DNA of 64,000 nt from Eledone cirrhosa (taxonomy: Eukaryota): NCBI GenBank assembly GCA_964016885.1, contig OZ024751.1, positions 29,326,001 through 29,390,000 on the forward strand, given 5' to 3'. The notes below the pieces were generated by a model. It saw only the letters and a list, made by a program, of their open reading frames with translations, had not been told where the DNA came from and searched no databases. Within the stretch, counting starts at the first letter, position 1, and every line of letters begins with the position of its first letter. The position numbers were made by a program, and so were the translations under genes. Of this stretch, positions 1 through 13,797 are shown in pieces.

Positions 1-1232
1 AAGAAGCAACTGTTTGCAGTTGATCTGGATGGGTCCGTGAGACCAGCCAAGCTTATCAATGTTATATGACCACCTTGTTCAGGCTCTACATCTACTCCTG
101 GGTCTCCTGTCAGTTTTTTGCCCTGTTTTTGCCCATAAAATATGTCATTCTAAGCACATGTCCATAACATTGGAGCTATGATCTCTCAATTCAGAGAAGT
201 AGTGGCTCTACTATCTTATCTCCAACTACACACTCTATTGAGTAACATTATACCAATATTTATCATTCAGTATAAATTTTTATTAAAAGAAGATTCTCTG
301 AAACATAAAAAACAGCCATATTTTTGCTCTCTATAATTTTCAAAGTTCTACATTCCTTAATTAAAAGTGAATGCTTGTGGTTCATTGGTAAGATGGGTTG
401 GACTCACTATCATCAGTTCCTGGGTTCATTTCCAGGACCAGGCAACAATAACAACAATAGCAACAACAACAACAGCAATGACAATAGCAATAACCTTGAT
501 TATTTCTTTATCAAGAATTACCGAATCTTTGTTTCATAGGATACTAAAGAATATTTAGTCTATGTGTATTTATTTATTTATCTATCTATCTCTGTTCCCC
601 ATGTCCGTCTCCCTCATTCTCTGTCCCCCCCTCTCTCCCTCCCTCTCTGTTCTCCCACCCCCTCTCTCTCCCTCCCTCTCTGTTCCCCCAACCCGTCTCT
701 CTCCCTCCCTCTCTGTTCCCCATTTCTCTCTCTCCTTTTCCGTGCCCCACTACACTATCTTCTCTCCCCTCTCTCTGTCTCCCTCCTTGTCACTTTCTCC
801 ACCCCTCTCTCTCTCTCTCCATATTCCTTCCTCTCCCCCAGACTCTCTCTTCTCTATTCTCTAATATTAGTTTATAAACATTGCTCCCTGATCCTGCCAT
901 TAATATATATATATTTACTTACTTAAACATATATATATGTGAACGTATATATATATATGTATATTCATTTGTTAATTTTGTTTGTGTGTTTTGCTTTACC
1001 TCCCCTTAGCAGAGTTCTTTACTGCCAAAGGTGTCATTTTTCGTTTGTTTGCTTTTTTATTTTCAGATTATTTTCGTATTTATTTTATTTCACTTTATTC
1101 TTTTATCCCTTCTTTCTTAGGAATCCTTGTTCACAATTTGGCATGCTCCATTCTTTTCTCTTTCTAGTATATACAGTTTTCCTCCAGAATAATTTTGGCA
1201 TATATAAATATATATATATATATATATACATA

Positions 1233-1274
<42 letters not shown>

Positions 1275-1469
1275 CATACATATATAAGTGTATATATATA
1301 TAATTATATACATACATATATATATATATAATTATATACATTCACACACACACACACACACAAAATGTATGCCTATCATCATCTATGTTTTGGTCCGTTT
1401 TTCCATGCTTATATGTATATATATATATTTATATATATATATAACTATATCTATATATATAACTATATA

Positions 1470-1527
<58 letters not shown>

Positions 1528-2619
1528 AAGAGAGATATATATAGTTATATATATAGATATAGTTATATATATATATATAGATATAGTTATATATATATAT
1601 ATAGATATATAGTTATATATATAGAGAGATATATAGTTATATATATAGATATAGATATTTATATATATAATGTGTATGTGTATGCCAATATATTCCGGAG
1701 GAAAATTTTATGTATGCATTTCTGTATGAAGTTTTGATTTTTGTATTTTGATATTCCATATTATAATGGCTGTTGTTTCAGTCTTGCTGAGGGTCTTCCA
1801 ATAGAAATATAACTTTCTTTGATTCTTTTGTTTTCTTTGGTTTATATTGTTTTGTTATTTCTACCGTTATATCTACTTTATTATATTTACCTAAATAATG
1901 TTTATCCTTCTTCAACATTCCACACTCATCCCTCCCATCTTTGCCCTAACTCGAATCTTTTGTACACTGTTCTCATTAAGATCAGTCTTCTTACGGCAGA
2001 TTATGCATCCATTGTTGGTCATTCTAAGGGAATAAATAGAGTAAAAGAATAAAATAAGGTAAAACATATCTTAGATTTGCTGCTGGAAGCCTAGGATTTT
2101 GGTTGAGGCAACAGGTTCAAAACATTCTTGTCAGTAGAATATATACAGAGAAAATTCTCTGATGATATCAACTGTTTATTTTTTTATTTCATTTATTTAT
2201 GTATCTGTGTATTTATTTTTTAAATTTATTTTTTAATTGTTTATATATTTATTTTTATTTTTTATTTGTCTATTTATTTATTTACTTATTTATTTATTTG
2301 TTTTATTTATTCATGTATTTTTTAAAGATTTCTTTCTTTACGTATTTATTTATTTGTTTTATTTATTTATTATTTTTCTTAACCCTTTTGGTACCATCCC
2401 ATCCCATCCAGAACCATTTCTGTTTCTCTGAAACAAAACTATCAAATTTAAAGGCTTTCCTATTTAAATTAAAACCTTGCGACATAATTTTCAGAAAAGG
2501 AAAAAAGACCTACAAAACTGTTTATTTTATAAGTGTGTATTTTCATCTAAAAATCTTCCATTACAATTTTATATTATATGGGAACCTTTATTAAGTCATG
2601 TTCCACACACCAGACAAAT

Positions 2620-3173
2620 AATGGTTTCTAATTGAGGCATAAGGCCAACAATTTTAGGGGAAGGGGAATGGCAATTAAATTTCCCTCAGTATGTTACTGG
2701 TACAGTTGTCCCCACCCCCACCGCCGGTATTCATGGAGGTTACGTACCTAGAGCACTCACAAAGAGTGAAAAACTGGGAATATTGGACATGGTCCATAAA
2801 AATGCCTATAAACGTCCAAACATAACGCAAAATATAGGCCAGCAAATACGGTATATTGTTATTAATGATTTAGTGTTAAAAAGCGTAAAAAAAAAAAATA
2901 TATTGCCATGAAAAAAGCCATTAAATAATTTGCGGAAGAAATTTATGATTCCGCGAATATGTGATGGTTTCTACGAACAATTATTAGTCAGTTTCTAAGG
3001 AAAATTCTGTGAATAACTGGGACCAGGAATGCCAGGGGTACACTGTATTTATTTTATCAACTCTGTATGGATAAAAGGCAAAGCTAACCTCAGAATGATT
3101 TGAACTCAGAATGCATAGGAACATAATAATATGCCACAAAGCATGTTGTCCAATGTTTTACTGATACTGCCAA
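2620..3173 (-). mobile_element. tRNA-derived SINE family A, decayed copy interrupted by a MITE
   Basis: Reverse-strand match to the SINE-A consensus (ggcataaggccaacaatt...ttactggta | tttattttatcaac...aaaggcaaagctaacctc...gatttgaactcag...gatactgccaat), split at a TA by 2703-3045. Confidence 0.8.
2703..3045. mobile_element. pogo/Tigger-like MITE nested in a SINE
   Basis: TA|cagttgtcccc...ccggtattc at the left and gaatgccaggggtacactg|TA at the right: imperfect TIRs with a TA duplication. The host SINE resumes on both sides. Confidence 0.65.
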
Positions 3174-3548
3174 TACTAATCCACAGCAACAGTAACAACA
3201 ACAACAGCAAGCAATAGTAGCAACAACAACAATGACAACAACAACAATGGATATTACTAAATGAAGATAGCTAAACAAGAAAGGGAAATTTTTGTTGCTT
3301 CCATTTCCACATCATGACCGCTTTAATGATATAGACATATAAAAAAAGTATGTGTGTGTATGTGTGTGTGTGTATAAATATGTGTATGTGTATATGTATA
3401 AATATGTGTGTGAGTATGTGTGCATATATATGTGTGTATGAATATGTGAGTGTATGTTTATATATACGTGTGCAAGGACGTGTGTGTGTGTATGAATATA
3501 TCTGTGTGTGTATGTATGTATGAATATGCATGTGTGTATTTATATATA

Positions 3549-3611
<63 letters not shown>

Positions 3612-4098
3612 GTAGTTCTTCAAAGAATAAAATAAAAAAAATAACTGGGTATATATTTATGAAAGTCATCTAAGCGAAACCTAACCTATGATGGCTTATT
3701 TCATTTTGTTTTACTTTTAACATTTTTGCCATAATCCCCTACCCCTCCCCAGACACTGCTCTCATGAGGCTTGTTTATTATATGGATATGAAGAATATAT
3801 TAGCAATTACGAAAATTAGACCCAAAGTTCTTCTCGTTGAAAGCAATTAAACCATTTTAAGGTACAAAACTGATTGTCTCATGGTCCTTAAAAATAGAGA
3901 TAAAAAAAAATCAAACCAAATTATAGTATTGTGATAAGAAGTCATTTTTTGTTTGTTTTATTTTTTGTTTTATTTTTATTTTTATTTTTATTTTTATTTT
4001 TATTTTTATTTTTATTTTTATTTTTATTTTTATTTTTATGTCTGCATCATGAAAAGCTATTTTCATGATATATATATATAATACAATGGTATCACAAC

Positions 4099-4153
4099 AC
4101 GTAAAGAGAGAGGAGTAGTTTGACTACCTCATACTACTCCTCTCGCTTTACGT
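4099..4153. repeat. 21-bp inverted repeat (hairpin) near (TA)n
   Basis: acgtaaagagagaggagtagt / actactcctctcgctttacgt, one mismatch, 13-nt loop. Confidence 0.85.
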
Positions 4154-5406
4154 CTGCTGCCTGCGTGAATGTATGTATGTGTAAAAGGAAGGAAGGGTAT
4201 GGTGAGAAAACTATAGCAAAACAGCGGCTGATGGTCCATTTATTACACTGTGTGTGAGTGTATGTGTATGTGTGTTTTTGTGTAAATGTATGTGTGTGTG
4301 TTTGTGTGAATGTATGTGTGTATGTGTGTGAACGTATGTGTGCATTTATGTGAATGTATGTCTGTGAGTGTATTTTTGTAAGTGTGTCTGTGTTTGCGCG
4401 TTTATATTTATATACTCATACATATAAATGCATGCATATGTACATATACACATGCACACATATATACACATATGGGTCAGTCTGTTGAAAATATTCCTAG
4501 TATATATAAACATGAAAGAAGTCCTTTGCAAAACAAGAGATAAGAACTATAGTCGAAATGTTGATGTTAAGAACAACAGAGAAGATATTTCCTTTCTGCT
4601 GTAAATATGTAATTTTGTCAAATTATATATATTATGTATATTGTTATGTAGACAGATAAAACCTGACTGTTGACAATCTGGAATATGTCTGGTAGAGGTT
4701 ATAAACTCTGTGTGAGTGTGTGTGTGTATGTGCCTCTGTATGCATGTGTGTGTGAGTGTGTACTGTATCTGCCCCTCTCTCTCTATCTCTTTGTGCCTCT
4801 TTCTATGTGTGACTGTGTGTGTGTGCTTATGTGTGCATGTGTATGTGTGTGCCTCTCTGTGTACGTGTGTATGTGTACATATCTGTCTCTGTGTGTATGT
4901 ATGTGCATTCATCATAGCCACCACCACCACCACCACCACCTCCACTACTATCAACATCACTAGTCCTATTGACGACATAGCATCTCTAGTTCTGGTGAGA
5001 TACTGAAAAGCACTCAGTACACCCTGTAAAGTGGTTGACATTAAGAAGGGCATCCAGCCATAGAAACCATGTCAAAATGTGAAATGTATGACCAAGACAT
5101 CTATTTTAACCCATACTGGTAGGAATTGTGACCCGTAGATTTTTTTTTTTTATAGATATATATGTCTTTATCGTTGTTGTGGTATATGTATGGCCACTGC
5201 CTTTGGTTGTTTTTCTTGGTGTCACAATTTTTAACTGTTGTGTTTACTCTAGATGGTAATGTATTAACATAACTGGTCTATTGAGTGCTTTGTGATTGCC
5301 TCAAACAACTCGAATAGTACCTGCTATATGGCAGCTACAACTTAGATTCATACCTAATATAATTATATATATATATATATACAGTATATATATATATATA
5401 CATATA

Positions 5407-5495
<89 letters not shown>

Positions 5496-5497
5496 TT

Positions 5498-6093
5498 TGG
5501 TATGGTCACGTGATGCGCATGAAAGACGACAGCTGTATAAAAAAGTGCAGGGCGATAAAAATAGATGGAAGCTACAGAGTAGGCAGACCCAGAAAAACCT
5601 GGGACGATTTGATAAATTCCGACCTCACACACTTACACCTCTCCAAGACAATGTCACTGGACCGAGATCTTTGGCGCTACACAGTAATACAGAAGACCCG
5701 CCTTGCCTAAGTAGAAAGTGAAACCTACCGTCAGTAGGCACCTCTTAACAAAAATACACCCCCGTCCCACCACCCCCACCCCATCCACACCACCCTTTTC
5801 GATGTAAAGTTATGTTGGTACCACAAAATCCAGTCCGAAATAAATGAGGTCATTTAGGTGTCACGAAAAAAAAACACACAGTCGACGCTGTAATGTGGCC
5901 GTGTAGGTAACACGGTAAGAACCTCCCAGTCCACACTGTAAACGTGGTTGGTGTTAGGAAGGGCATCCAGCCGTAGAAAACCCGCCAGACAGTCATATAC
6001 GAGCAAGACAACCAATCTTGCCTCAAGTGGGAAAACACCCGTCCAAACCCATGCAAGCGTGGAAGATGGACGTTAAACGATGATGATGATGAT
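5498..6093 (+). mobile_element. RTE-clade LINE family 1, 5'-truncated (ORF C-terminus, 3'UTR, (GAT)n tail)
   Basis: Translates [39 protein letters not shown], the RTE C-terminal W-x-GH-x-x-R...GRP-x-x-TW motif. Ends cccatgcaagcgtggaagatggacgttaaac(gat)n. Confidence 0.9.
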
Positions 6094-6270
6094 ATATATA
6101 TATATATATAAAGCCCATGCAAGCATGGAAAAATGGATATAAAAACGATGATGATAATGACATACACTCATATATATATATATGTATGTATATATATATA
6201 TATATATGTGTGTGTGTATATATATATGTATATATGTGTGTGTGTGTGTGTATATATATGTATATATATA

Positions 6271-6328
<58 letters not shown>

Positions 6329-6468
6329 GTTATATCTATCTATCTCTTTATATATATCCAGACACCATCAACATTATTATTATTATAATTATTATTTTTT
6401 TTTAAATGAAATCTTTTCTTCTTTCTCTCCGATGGACACTTTGTCTTTTATTTTTAAAAGAAATACAG

Positions 6469-6515
<47 letters not shown>

Positions 6516-7423
6516 TTAGAAAACCTGAACACTAACAACAAATAAGAGATTTTATTCCACTTGAAGTGACAAATGGCTTTTCAAATAGATTTTTTTTCTT
6601 TTTATTTTGTAATATTCTTTTTTTTTAATATTTTATTTAAATTCTTATTTTATTTTTATTTTCTCATTTTTCACTAAAATAAAAACCACCAGCAGTAACA
6701 ACAGCTGACACCATTTTTCGGGGACAAATTTAAATCCATCGTCATTGCAGTTAATTTGCCATAAATTCATATATAGTTTTTTTGTGTGTTTTTGTTTTGT
6801 TTTGTTGTTGTTTTTTGTTTTTTTCCTCTTGTCTCAATACTTTTCACCTTTTAAGGAAAGGTGTTGGTGCTGTGAAGAATTCACTTTGGTTTTTAGAATC
6901 TTTCTTTTAATTAAACCAAATCTTTGCATTCAGCTCGAATTTCCAATATGTCAGAATTAGCTTACTTTTCTTTTATTTCTTCAGCTATTTTTTTTTTCTT
7001 CCTTCATGTGGGTATTTGTGTGTGTATGTATGTATCTGTGTGTACGTCTGTGTGTGTATGTATATATTTTTGTATGTATATGGATGTATGTACCTATATG
7101 TGTGTATATATATATATATGAATATATGTATGGGTATATGTTTGTGGACATATGCATGCATGTATGTATATATATATATATGGATGTATGTGTGTATATC
7201 TATATATATGTACCTATGTGTAGCAGCAGATATATACCATGCAATGTTTGTCCATGGCAACTATGTTCTGAGTTCAATCTCTACCAATATCAACTTGTCT
7301 GATACATTTAAATATCTTCATATGTTTTGACTTCATCTTTATGCATTTCATGTCTATATACATAGATATATATATGGGCGGGTATGAATATATATGTATA
7401 TATATTTATATATACATGCATAG

Positions 7424-7697
7424 TTATGTTATGTTGGTACCACAAAATCCAGTCCTAAATAAATGAGGTCGTGTAGGTGTCACAACAAAAAAACACACAG
7501 TCCACGCTGTAATGTGGTCGTGTAGGTAACACGGTAAAAACCTCCCAGTCCACACTCTAAACGAGGTTGGTGTTAGGAAGAGCATCCAGCCGTAGAAAAC
7601 CCGCCAGACAGTCCCATACGAACAAGACAACCAATCTTGCCTCAAGTGGGAAAATTCCCGTCCAAACCCATGCTAGCGTGGAAGATGGAAGTTAAAC

Positions 7698-7727
<30 letters not shown>
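7424..7727 (+). mobile_element. RTE family 1 3'UTR/tail fragment
   Basis: Near-identical to 5810-6093; (GAT)n tail. Confidence 0.9.
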
Positions 7728-7729
<2 letters not shown>

Positions 7730-7808
7730 GGTCACTTCTCCTGGTGTCAAATTTCTTAACTTTCTGTTTACTCTGGATGAACAGTATATATATATATATA
7801 TATACATA

Positions 7809-7871
7809 AGACCCGTCCCACCCTTGCAAGCAGGGAAAAGTGGACGTAAAATGATGATGATGATGATGATA
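7809..7871 (+). mobile_element. RTE family 2 terminal tail fragment
   Basis: gacccgtcccacccttgcaagcagggaaaagtggacgtaaaa(tga)n, the same tail as 61391-61457. Confidence 0.85.
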
Positions 7872-8094
7872 TATCATATAGTTAAAAAATAAAGCAAAAC
7901 AAACACAGTGATGCAAAAATCCAGTCTTATGAGGATCACACTTAGGAGGAAGCAGAGAAAGATAGGCTGCTTCAAAAAGAGGACCTTCGTCAGGAAATGG
8001 AAGGGGAGAAGAGGTAGGTACATAAAAGTTTGGAAAAAATTGTTAGGTTTGGTGTGGTAGGTGAGTGGCCTGGCATTTGGAAATGGGGTCCAGG

Positions 8095-8309
8095 TGTGTT
8101 GTGTGTGGTTGTGTGTGTGCTGATGGGGTGAAATTGGTAGGTATGTTGTGTGTGGTTGTGTGTGTGCTGATGGGGTGAAATTGGTAGGTGTGTTGTGTGT
8201 GGTTGTGTGTGTGCTGATGGGGTGAAATTGGTAGGTATGTTGTGTGTGGTTGTCTGTGTGCTGATGGGGTGAAATTGGTAGGTGTGTTGTGTGTGGTTGT
8301 GTGTGTGCT
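8095..8309. repeat. 47-bp minisatellite, about 4.5 copies
   Basis: ctgatggggtgaaattggtaggt recurs at 8120, 8167, 8214 and 8261. Confidence 0.95.
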
Positions 8310-9024
8310 GAGTCTTACATTGTTGGTGTGTGTCTGTAAATTCTTAGTTTTTTTTGTGTGCATGTATGTAACATTTTTCTATTGTTTCTATGTATGTGAG
8401 TGTGTACGTTTGTGAGTAAGTGTGTGTATTATGTGTGTGTCGAATGAGTGTGTGCATGCATGTCTCCACATGAGTGTTTATTACTTTCTATATTGACTGT
8501 AATGGAATTATTTGGTGTGCGTGTGTGTGAGAGTAAGTCTGTGTACGTTTATGTGTGGATATGTGTATCTGAATATTTAGATAGATATATAAATGTAGAC
8601 ATATATGTGCATGTGTGTATGTGTATATATATTCTCAAATATTTCCTTTAAATATATATATGTATGTGTGTGTGGGTGTATAAAAACTGATGGTTAAACA
8701 TATGTGAATGTATATTTTTGAAACTGGAATATAAGATTAGCTTTATGTCTTCTTCATGCCTATATACACATACATACACTGATGTGGATGTATGTGAAAA
8801 AGTGAGAAGTTACTCCCCCAGGATAGATGAAAGTGTCATGGAAGTGTAACTTACTAGAAGTGAACAACTTGTTCAAACAGCAAACTCCAAAAGACTGGAC
8901 TGGAAGTTTTTAAATTATTAATATTGGAATTCAAAAGTTAAGTTGATTCTTTACTTGTCGCTCTCACAGGAATCCTATTGTGTGTATGTATATATGTATA
9001 TATGTATATATATATATATGTATA

Positions 9025-9095
<71 letters not shown>

Positions 9096-9132
9096 GTAGG
9101 TGTATATAGGTGTGTGTGTATGTATATATGTA

Positions 9133-9189
<57 letters not shown>

Positions 9190-10079
9190 GTGTGTGTAGG
9201 TGTATATAGGTGTGTGTGTGTATGTATATATGTATATGTATGAATGTGTGTATATATATATACACACACGCGTATGTATATCTATATGTGTGTATATGTA
9301 TGTATGTATATCTATGGATGTGCGTATATATATATATACACATATGTATATCTATGTGTGTGTGTATGTATTTATTTATATGTATGTATGTGTGTATGTA
9401 TATATATATATATATATGTATGTATATATATACACGCACATATATGTATATATATGTGTGTGTTTGTATGTATATATATAGATATATACATACATATATA
9501 GACAGATAGTTAAATAAATAGATTGATAGATATAAAATTTAAATATTATATGGAATAATTAGACTTCAATGTGGAGGTAAAAGAGGAATAAATATTGAAG
9601 AATTTACCAATATCTTTTAGTTTGAGAGTTGTCCCTGAATTAATGTGAATATATCTCTTTATATGAGAATGTCTGTGAGATGTTTGAAACAATAGCTGTC
9701 ACCATTCCAGAATTCTTGAGATTTATTGAACATTTAAAACAATCAAAACTTATGTATCTCTTTTAAATCTTTATTTATATACGATACATCTTTATATTTT
9801 TTCAACAAGTTTCTGTCTTTGCAAGTGTATATCTCTATATATATGTGTATGTGCTCATGTGTTTCTTTGTCTGTGTCTATGTATGTATATATATATATGT
9901 ATGTGTAAGCTCAGATGTCTTTTTTCTCTGTATGTGTGTGTGTAAATATATATATATTGTGTGTATATATTTATATACATTATCATCATCATCATCACCA
10001 TCATACATCTGCTTTTCCCTGTGTGTCTGTGCATGCACGGGTATCTTTGTGTATGTGAATGTGTGTGTGTGTATGTATA

Positions 10080-10176
<97 letters not shown>

Positions 10177-11038
10177 ATGTATTTGTGTATATGTGTGTCT
10201 GTGTGTGACAATATTTGTTCTTGATTTTTGTCAAGAATTATATCTGTAATTGTTCATGTATTTGATTTTGGCATTTGTTGGTATATTCTTGCAAAGATGA
10301 AAGCCATAACACCTGTAGTTACGCTATCAACCCTATATATGTCTACACACATATGTGTGGACACCACTGGTTCCAGCTTTCTAACAGCTTCTTCAAATGA
10401 TGTCTCTGTTGATGCTACTATCTCTAAATGTTGATCTATCGACTCATGTACATCAAGATTTGGTTAAATATCCCCCCTTCTCCTTCTGCATCTTACTTTT
10501 TAACATCCTGTAGTAATTTAGCAGAAAATATTTTAAAATGGGGTTTGTAAATTCAAATGTTTATAGTATCTTTACTTGTGGAGATATTATTGTGAAAATT
10601 TGTAATGTTAGAGTAAGGACTTTAATTTTTAATGTGATGCAGTCATAGTTTTGTTTTATACTTTTATAAGAATGTCATTGCAATAGTCTCATATGGTAAC
10701 CCTTTTTTCAATATATTTCTAATAATCAACTCTGTCTATGGTTTTCAATTAATTTTGAAATTAATCAATTTGTAGAGATTTGGTATTATAAATATGTTTT
10801 CCCATTATTGAACTTGTATATAGACTTACATCTGTTTATGTTCTGATTTCAAATCTCACCTAGGTTAGATTTGCTTTTCATCTTTATGAGCGTAATAACT
10901 TGGGTTGATTTAATCAACTTTCCCTTTCCTCTCAAATTGGTGCCAAATATAGAAGCAATTATTTGGAAAGTAACTTAACATTTTTTGCATAAAATGTTTT
11001 ACTATAAAAAGATATTTTGATAAATTTTAACACTTTAA

Positions 11039-11246
11039 CCCTTTAGCTTTTACATTGCTCTATATTTACTATTGTATTTTCACGGTAAAGGCTTTATCTC
11101 ACATAATATCGAATCTATGAGATATTGATGTTAAATATTTGGAGAATAATACCTTAACATCAGTATAAGTGGCCAGGTACAACCGGTTTGAACAGAAATA
11201 GGTGAGAGAATTCTCACCGGATACAGCTGGTTTAAATGCTAAAATG
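11039..11246. mobile_element. piggyBac-like MITE
   Basis: TTAA|ccctttagc...gctaaaatg|TTAA; homologous to 13963-14171. Confidence 0.8.
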
Positions 11247-12014
11247 TTAAAACAAACCGTTTTGTACCGTAGAACCATGAGCAGTTTCAGGTCGTTAGTT
11301 ATCAAAAGAATTAATTGAAGTTATTCAGCTTGCCACGTGGTTAATAACACTTGTCTCTCTATCTATGACATCCATCTAAACCTACTCATTTCACCTATCT
11401 TTAACCATCAAGATCCCCTTTGGAAATTGCTTTCTCACCTAGGATTTCTTCTCAACTGACCTTCAAAGACTCATACATAAATAACATTAAGTGCTCCCAC
11501 ATTACCCTATTGTTACTATACAACAGTCAAGGAGGGGTTCAATGAACACTCTATAAACACGGCTTTATTTTCTCTCTTCAAACTAAATTATAACAGAACA
11601 TAAAAGAGTGAGAGATTGCAAGAGAGAGTAGGAAAGAGAGAAAGAGAGAGAGAGAGAGAAGAAAAGGAAGAAGCAAGTCTATGAAATAACAAAGTCCTCT
11701 AAATCGTATAAGCACATCAGCTAGACATCATCAAATGTCAAGTATGTTCTCCTCATCTTAAATGTTTTTCTATTGAGAATTATGTTTGGTTATATTAAAG
11801 GGGGGAGAAAAAAATGCATGCCATCAACAATGAAACAAAATGTTCTCTGTATATCTGTATATGTGAGTGTATTATGCATGCGTATGTATGTGTGTGAGTG
11901 TGTGCCTATATATATATGTCCATGTGTGTTTTTATATATATGTGTGTGTGGTGTATATAAATTTATACATATATTTATATTCATATCTAATTTTCTGTGC
12001 TAGCAAGGGTTAGA

Positions 12015-12081
<67 letters not shown>

Positions 12082-12084
12082 ATT

Positions 12085-12185
12085 AGTCCAGATTAAAGTT
12101 TAAACAAATAAGGTCTGCTTTCACCCTATTACGAAATCTTCTGAAAATGAGCCATCTTTGGATTTTGGTCTTCGTAATCATTATT
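12085..12185 (-). repeat. short interspersed repeat family F (also 41262-41355 + and 60632-60685 -)
   Basis: Shared gaagacYaaaatccRaagaKggctc...agggtgaaa...ctttaatctg; each copy lies between (AAT)n and (TA)n runs. Confidence 0.7.
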
Positions 12186-12234
12186 ATAAATATATTTATA
12201 TATATATGTATATATTTATATATACACACATATA

Positions 12235-12410
12235 CGACGGCAGAGCTCAAGCCGTTTCGACGGCTATTTCTGGACTCAGAAATAGCCGTCGAAACGGCTT
12301 GAGCTCTACCATCGGGGTCATACTTTTTCCTATTTCCCACTCTACTATGCTAAGTATTGAGTACTCTGGTGCGTTATGGTCCATCTGGTTCCTTACCACA
12401 ATTCCTTTAT

Positions 12411-12411
<1 letters not shown>
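12235..12411 (+). mobile_element. hairpin-plus-tail element family C, copy 1
   Basis: 38-bp arms at 12235-12272 and 12277-12314 (two mismatches, 4-nt loop), then the conserved tail ttcctatttcccactctact...attgagtactctggtgcgttatggtccatctggttccttaccac; flanked by (TA)n. Confidence 0.85.
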
Positions 12412-12463
<52 letters not shown>

Positions 12464-12623
12464 TTATATATACACATATACATATAATAGGGTATAAGTA
12501 TTGCGAGAGAGGAAGAAGCTGAGAGATACAGAGAGGTGCGATACAGATTACTAAATGCCAATAGCCGAAGCGGGTTGTGCTCAACGGTATTTATACTTAT
12601 TGATGACATTATATTATCAATTA

Positions 12624-12663
12624 TTTCTCTGAAGAGTCTGTGTGGGTGAAACATGTGTAAGAG
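12624..12663 (+). ncRNA. minimal type I hammerhead ribozyme, decayed, in a Penelope-like terminal fragment (about 12487-12715)
   Basis: ttct-CTGAAGA-gtct gtgt gggt-GAAAC-atgt-GTA-agag. Core intact; stem II mostly G-U pairs. Confidence 0.6.
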
Positions 12664-12793
12664 CTATATAAAGAACTTGTTCTAATGGCTTGTAACTCCT
12701 TCATTCATTTGCACATATACATATATCTGTGTGGGTGTATGTATATATATATATATGTATATATATATTCATATATCTGTGTGGGTGTATGTA

Positions 12794-12841
<48 letters not shown>

Positions 12842-12869
12842 CATACATACACCCACACAGATATATGAA

Positions 12870-12901
<32 letters not shown>

Positions 12902-13797
12902 CATACACCCACACAGATATATGAATATATATATATATATATACATATATATGTATGTATATATGTGTGTGTGTGTATAATATATATATATATATATATA
13001 TATTCAGTGTTCTGTAAACTTCTACTGACATCATTGAGTGAGAGAAACTGCTATATTATTCGTCAACAATGGAGGTGTACGTACGTATGAATGATCGCAT
13101 GATGGTAGGTGGGGGGCAACGAATTAATGAAGAGAAGCATCTGATCTTAGCAAAAGAAAAAAACAACATTTCTAAAACCATAATTCATTTTTCTAAGAAG
13201 AAAATTAGATTTGTTACTTTTGGTTTTGTCTTGTTTTGTTTTCTAAAAATACAAAACATTTCTGAGATTAAATCACTCTAATTTAATTTTCAATGAGGTG
13301 TGATTCACTGGGGTAATTTTTAAAAATGTTATTATTATTTTTTTTAAATTGTTTTTAATTAGAATCTAGTAACTTATTATTATTATTATTATTATTATTA
13401 TTTGAAACTTCCTTTGAACTCTGCTTCTTTCCCCAAATCATGCCGAGTGTCAACCTGACACCTGAGGCAAAATTTGATGATACACATATTTTACAATCTA
13501 TTGTCATACAAATGATGCCACTAGGGCACAAGCAGCATTTAATATCTTTGCAAGGTATTTAAATTGATAATGCCCTTATCAGAAGATGGACAGTGCCAGT
13601 CAACACTATTTTCTGTATTTCTTGCAGAGATGGCTTTCCAGGTATGCAGTTCAGATATTTTTTTACTTCCCTTTTTTATCATTCCAAATGAGGCCAAAAC
13701 CCACTTTGTATCATCCTGTGCCGTCTGTAATGTTTTTCTTCATGTTAGCCCTTGTGGCCAATAAAGAAACCATTATTGTTATTTGTACCAGTAATTA

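Noticed and set aside
346-387. 42-nt micro-exon candidate (LHSLIKSECLWFI, donor GTAAGA)
   Set aside because: Weak AAG acceptor and too short to distinguish from chance.
7946-8013. Exon-like EEAEKDRLLQKEDLRQEMEGEK with a GTAGGT donor
   Set aside because: No polypyrimidine tract. The minus strand has a CTGACGAAG hammerhead-like remnant and the segment resembles 52570-52630, so it is more likely a Penelope-like fragment.
10255-10462. Open minus-strand frame containing EIVASTETSFEEAVRKLEP
   Set aside because: No convincing splice sites, start codon or recognisable homology.
13629-13642. 14-nt micro-exon-like segment between tttcttgcAG and GTATGC
   Set aside because: Splice-like signals only; cannot be supported without transcripts.
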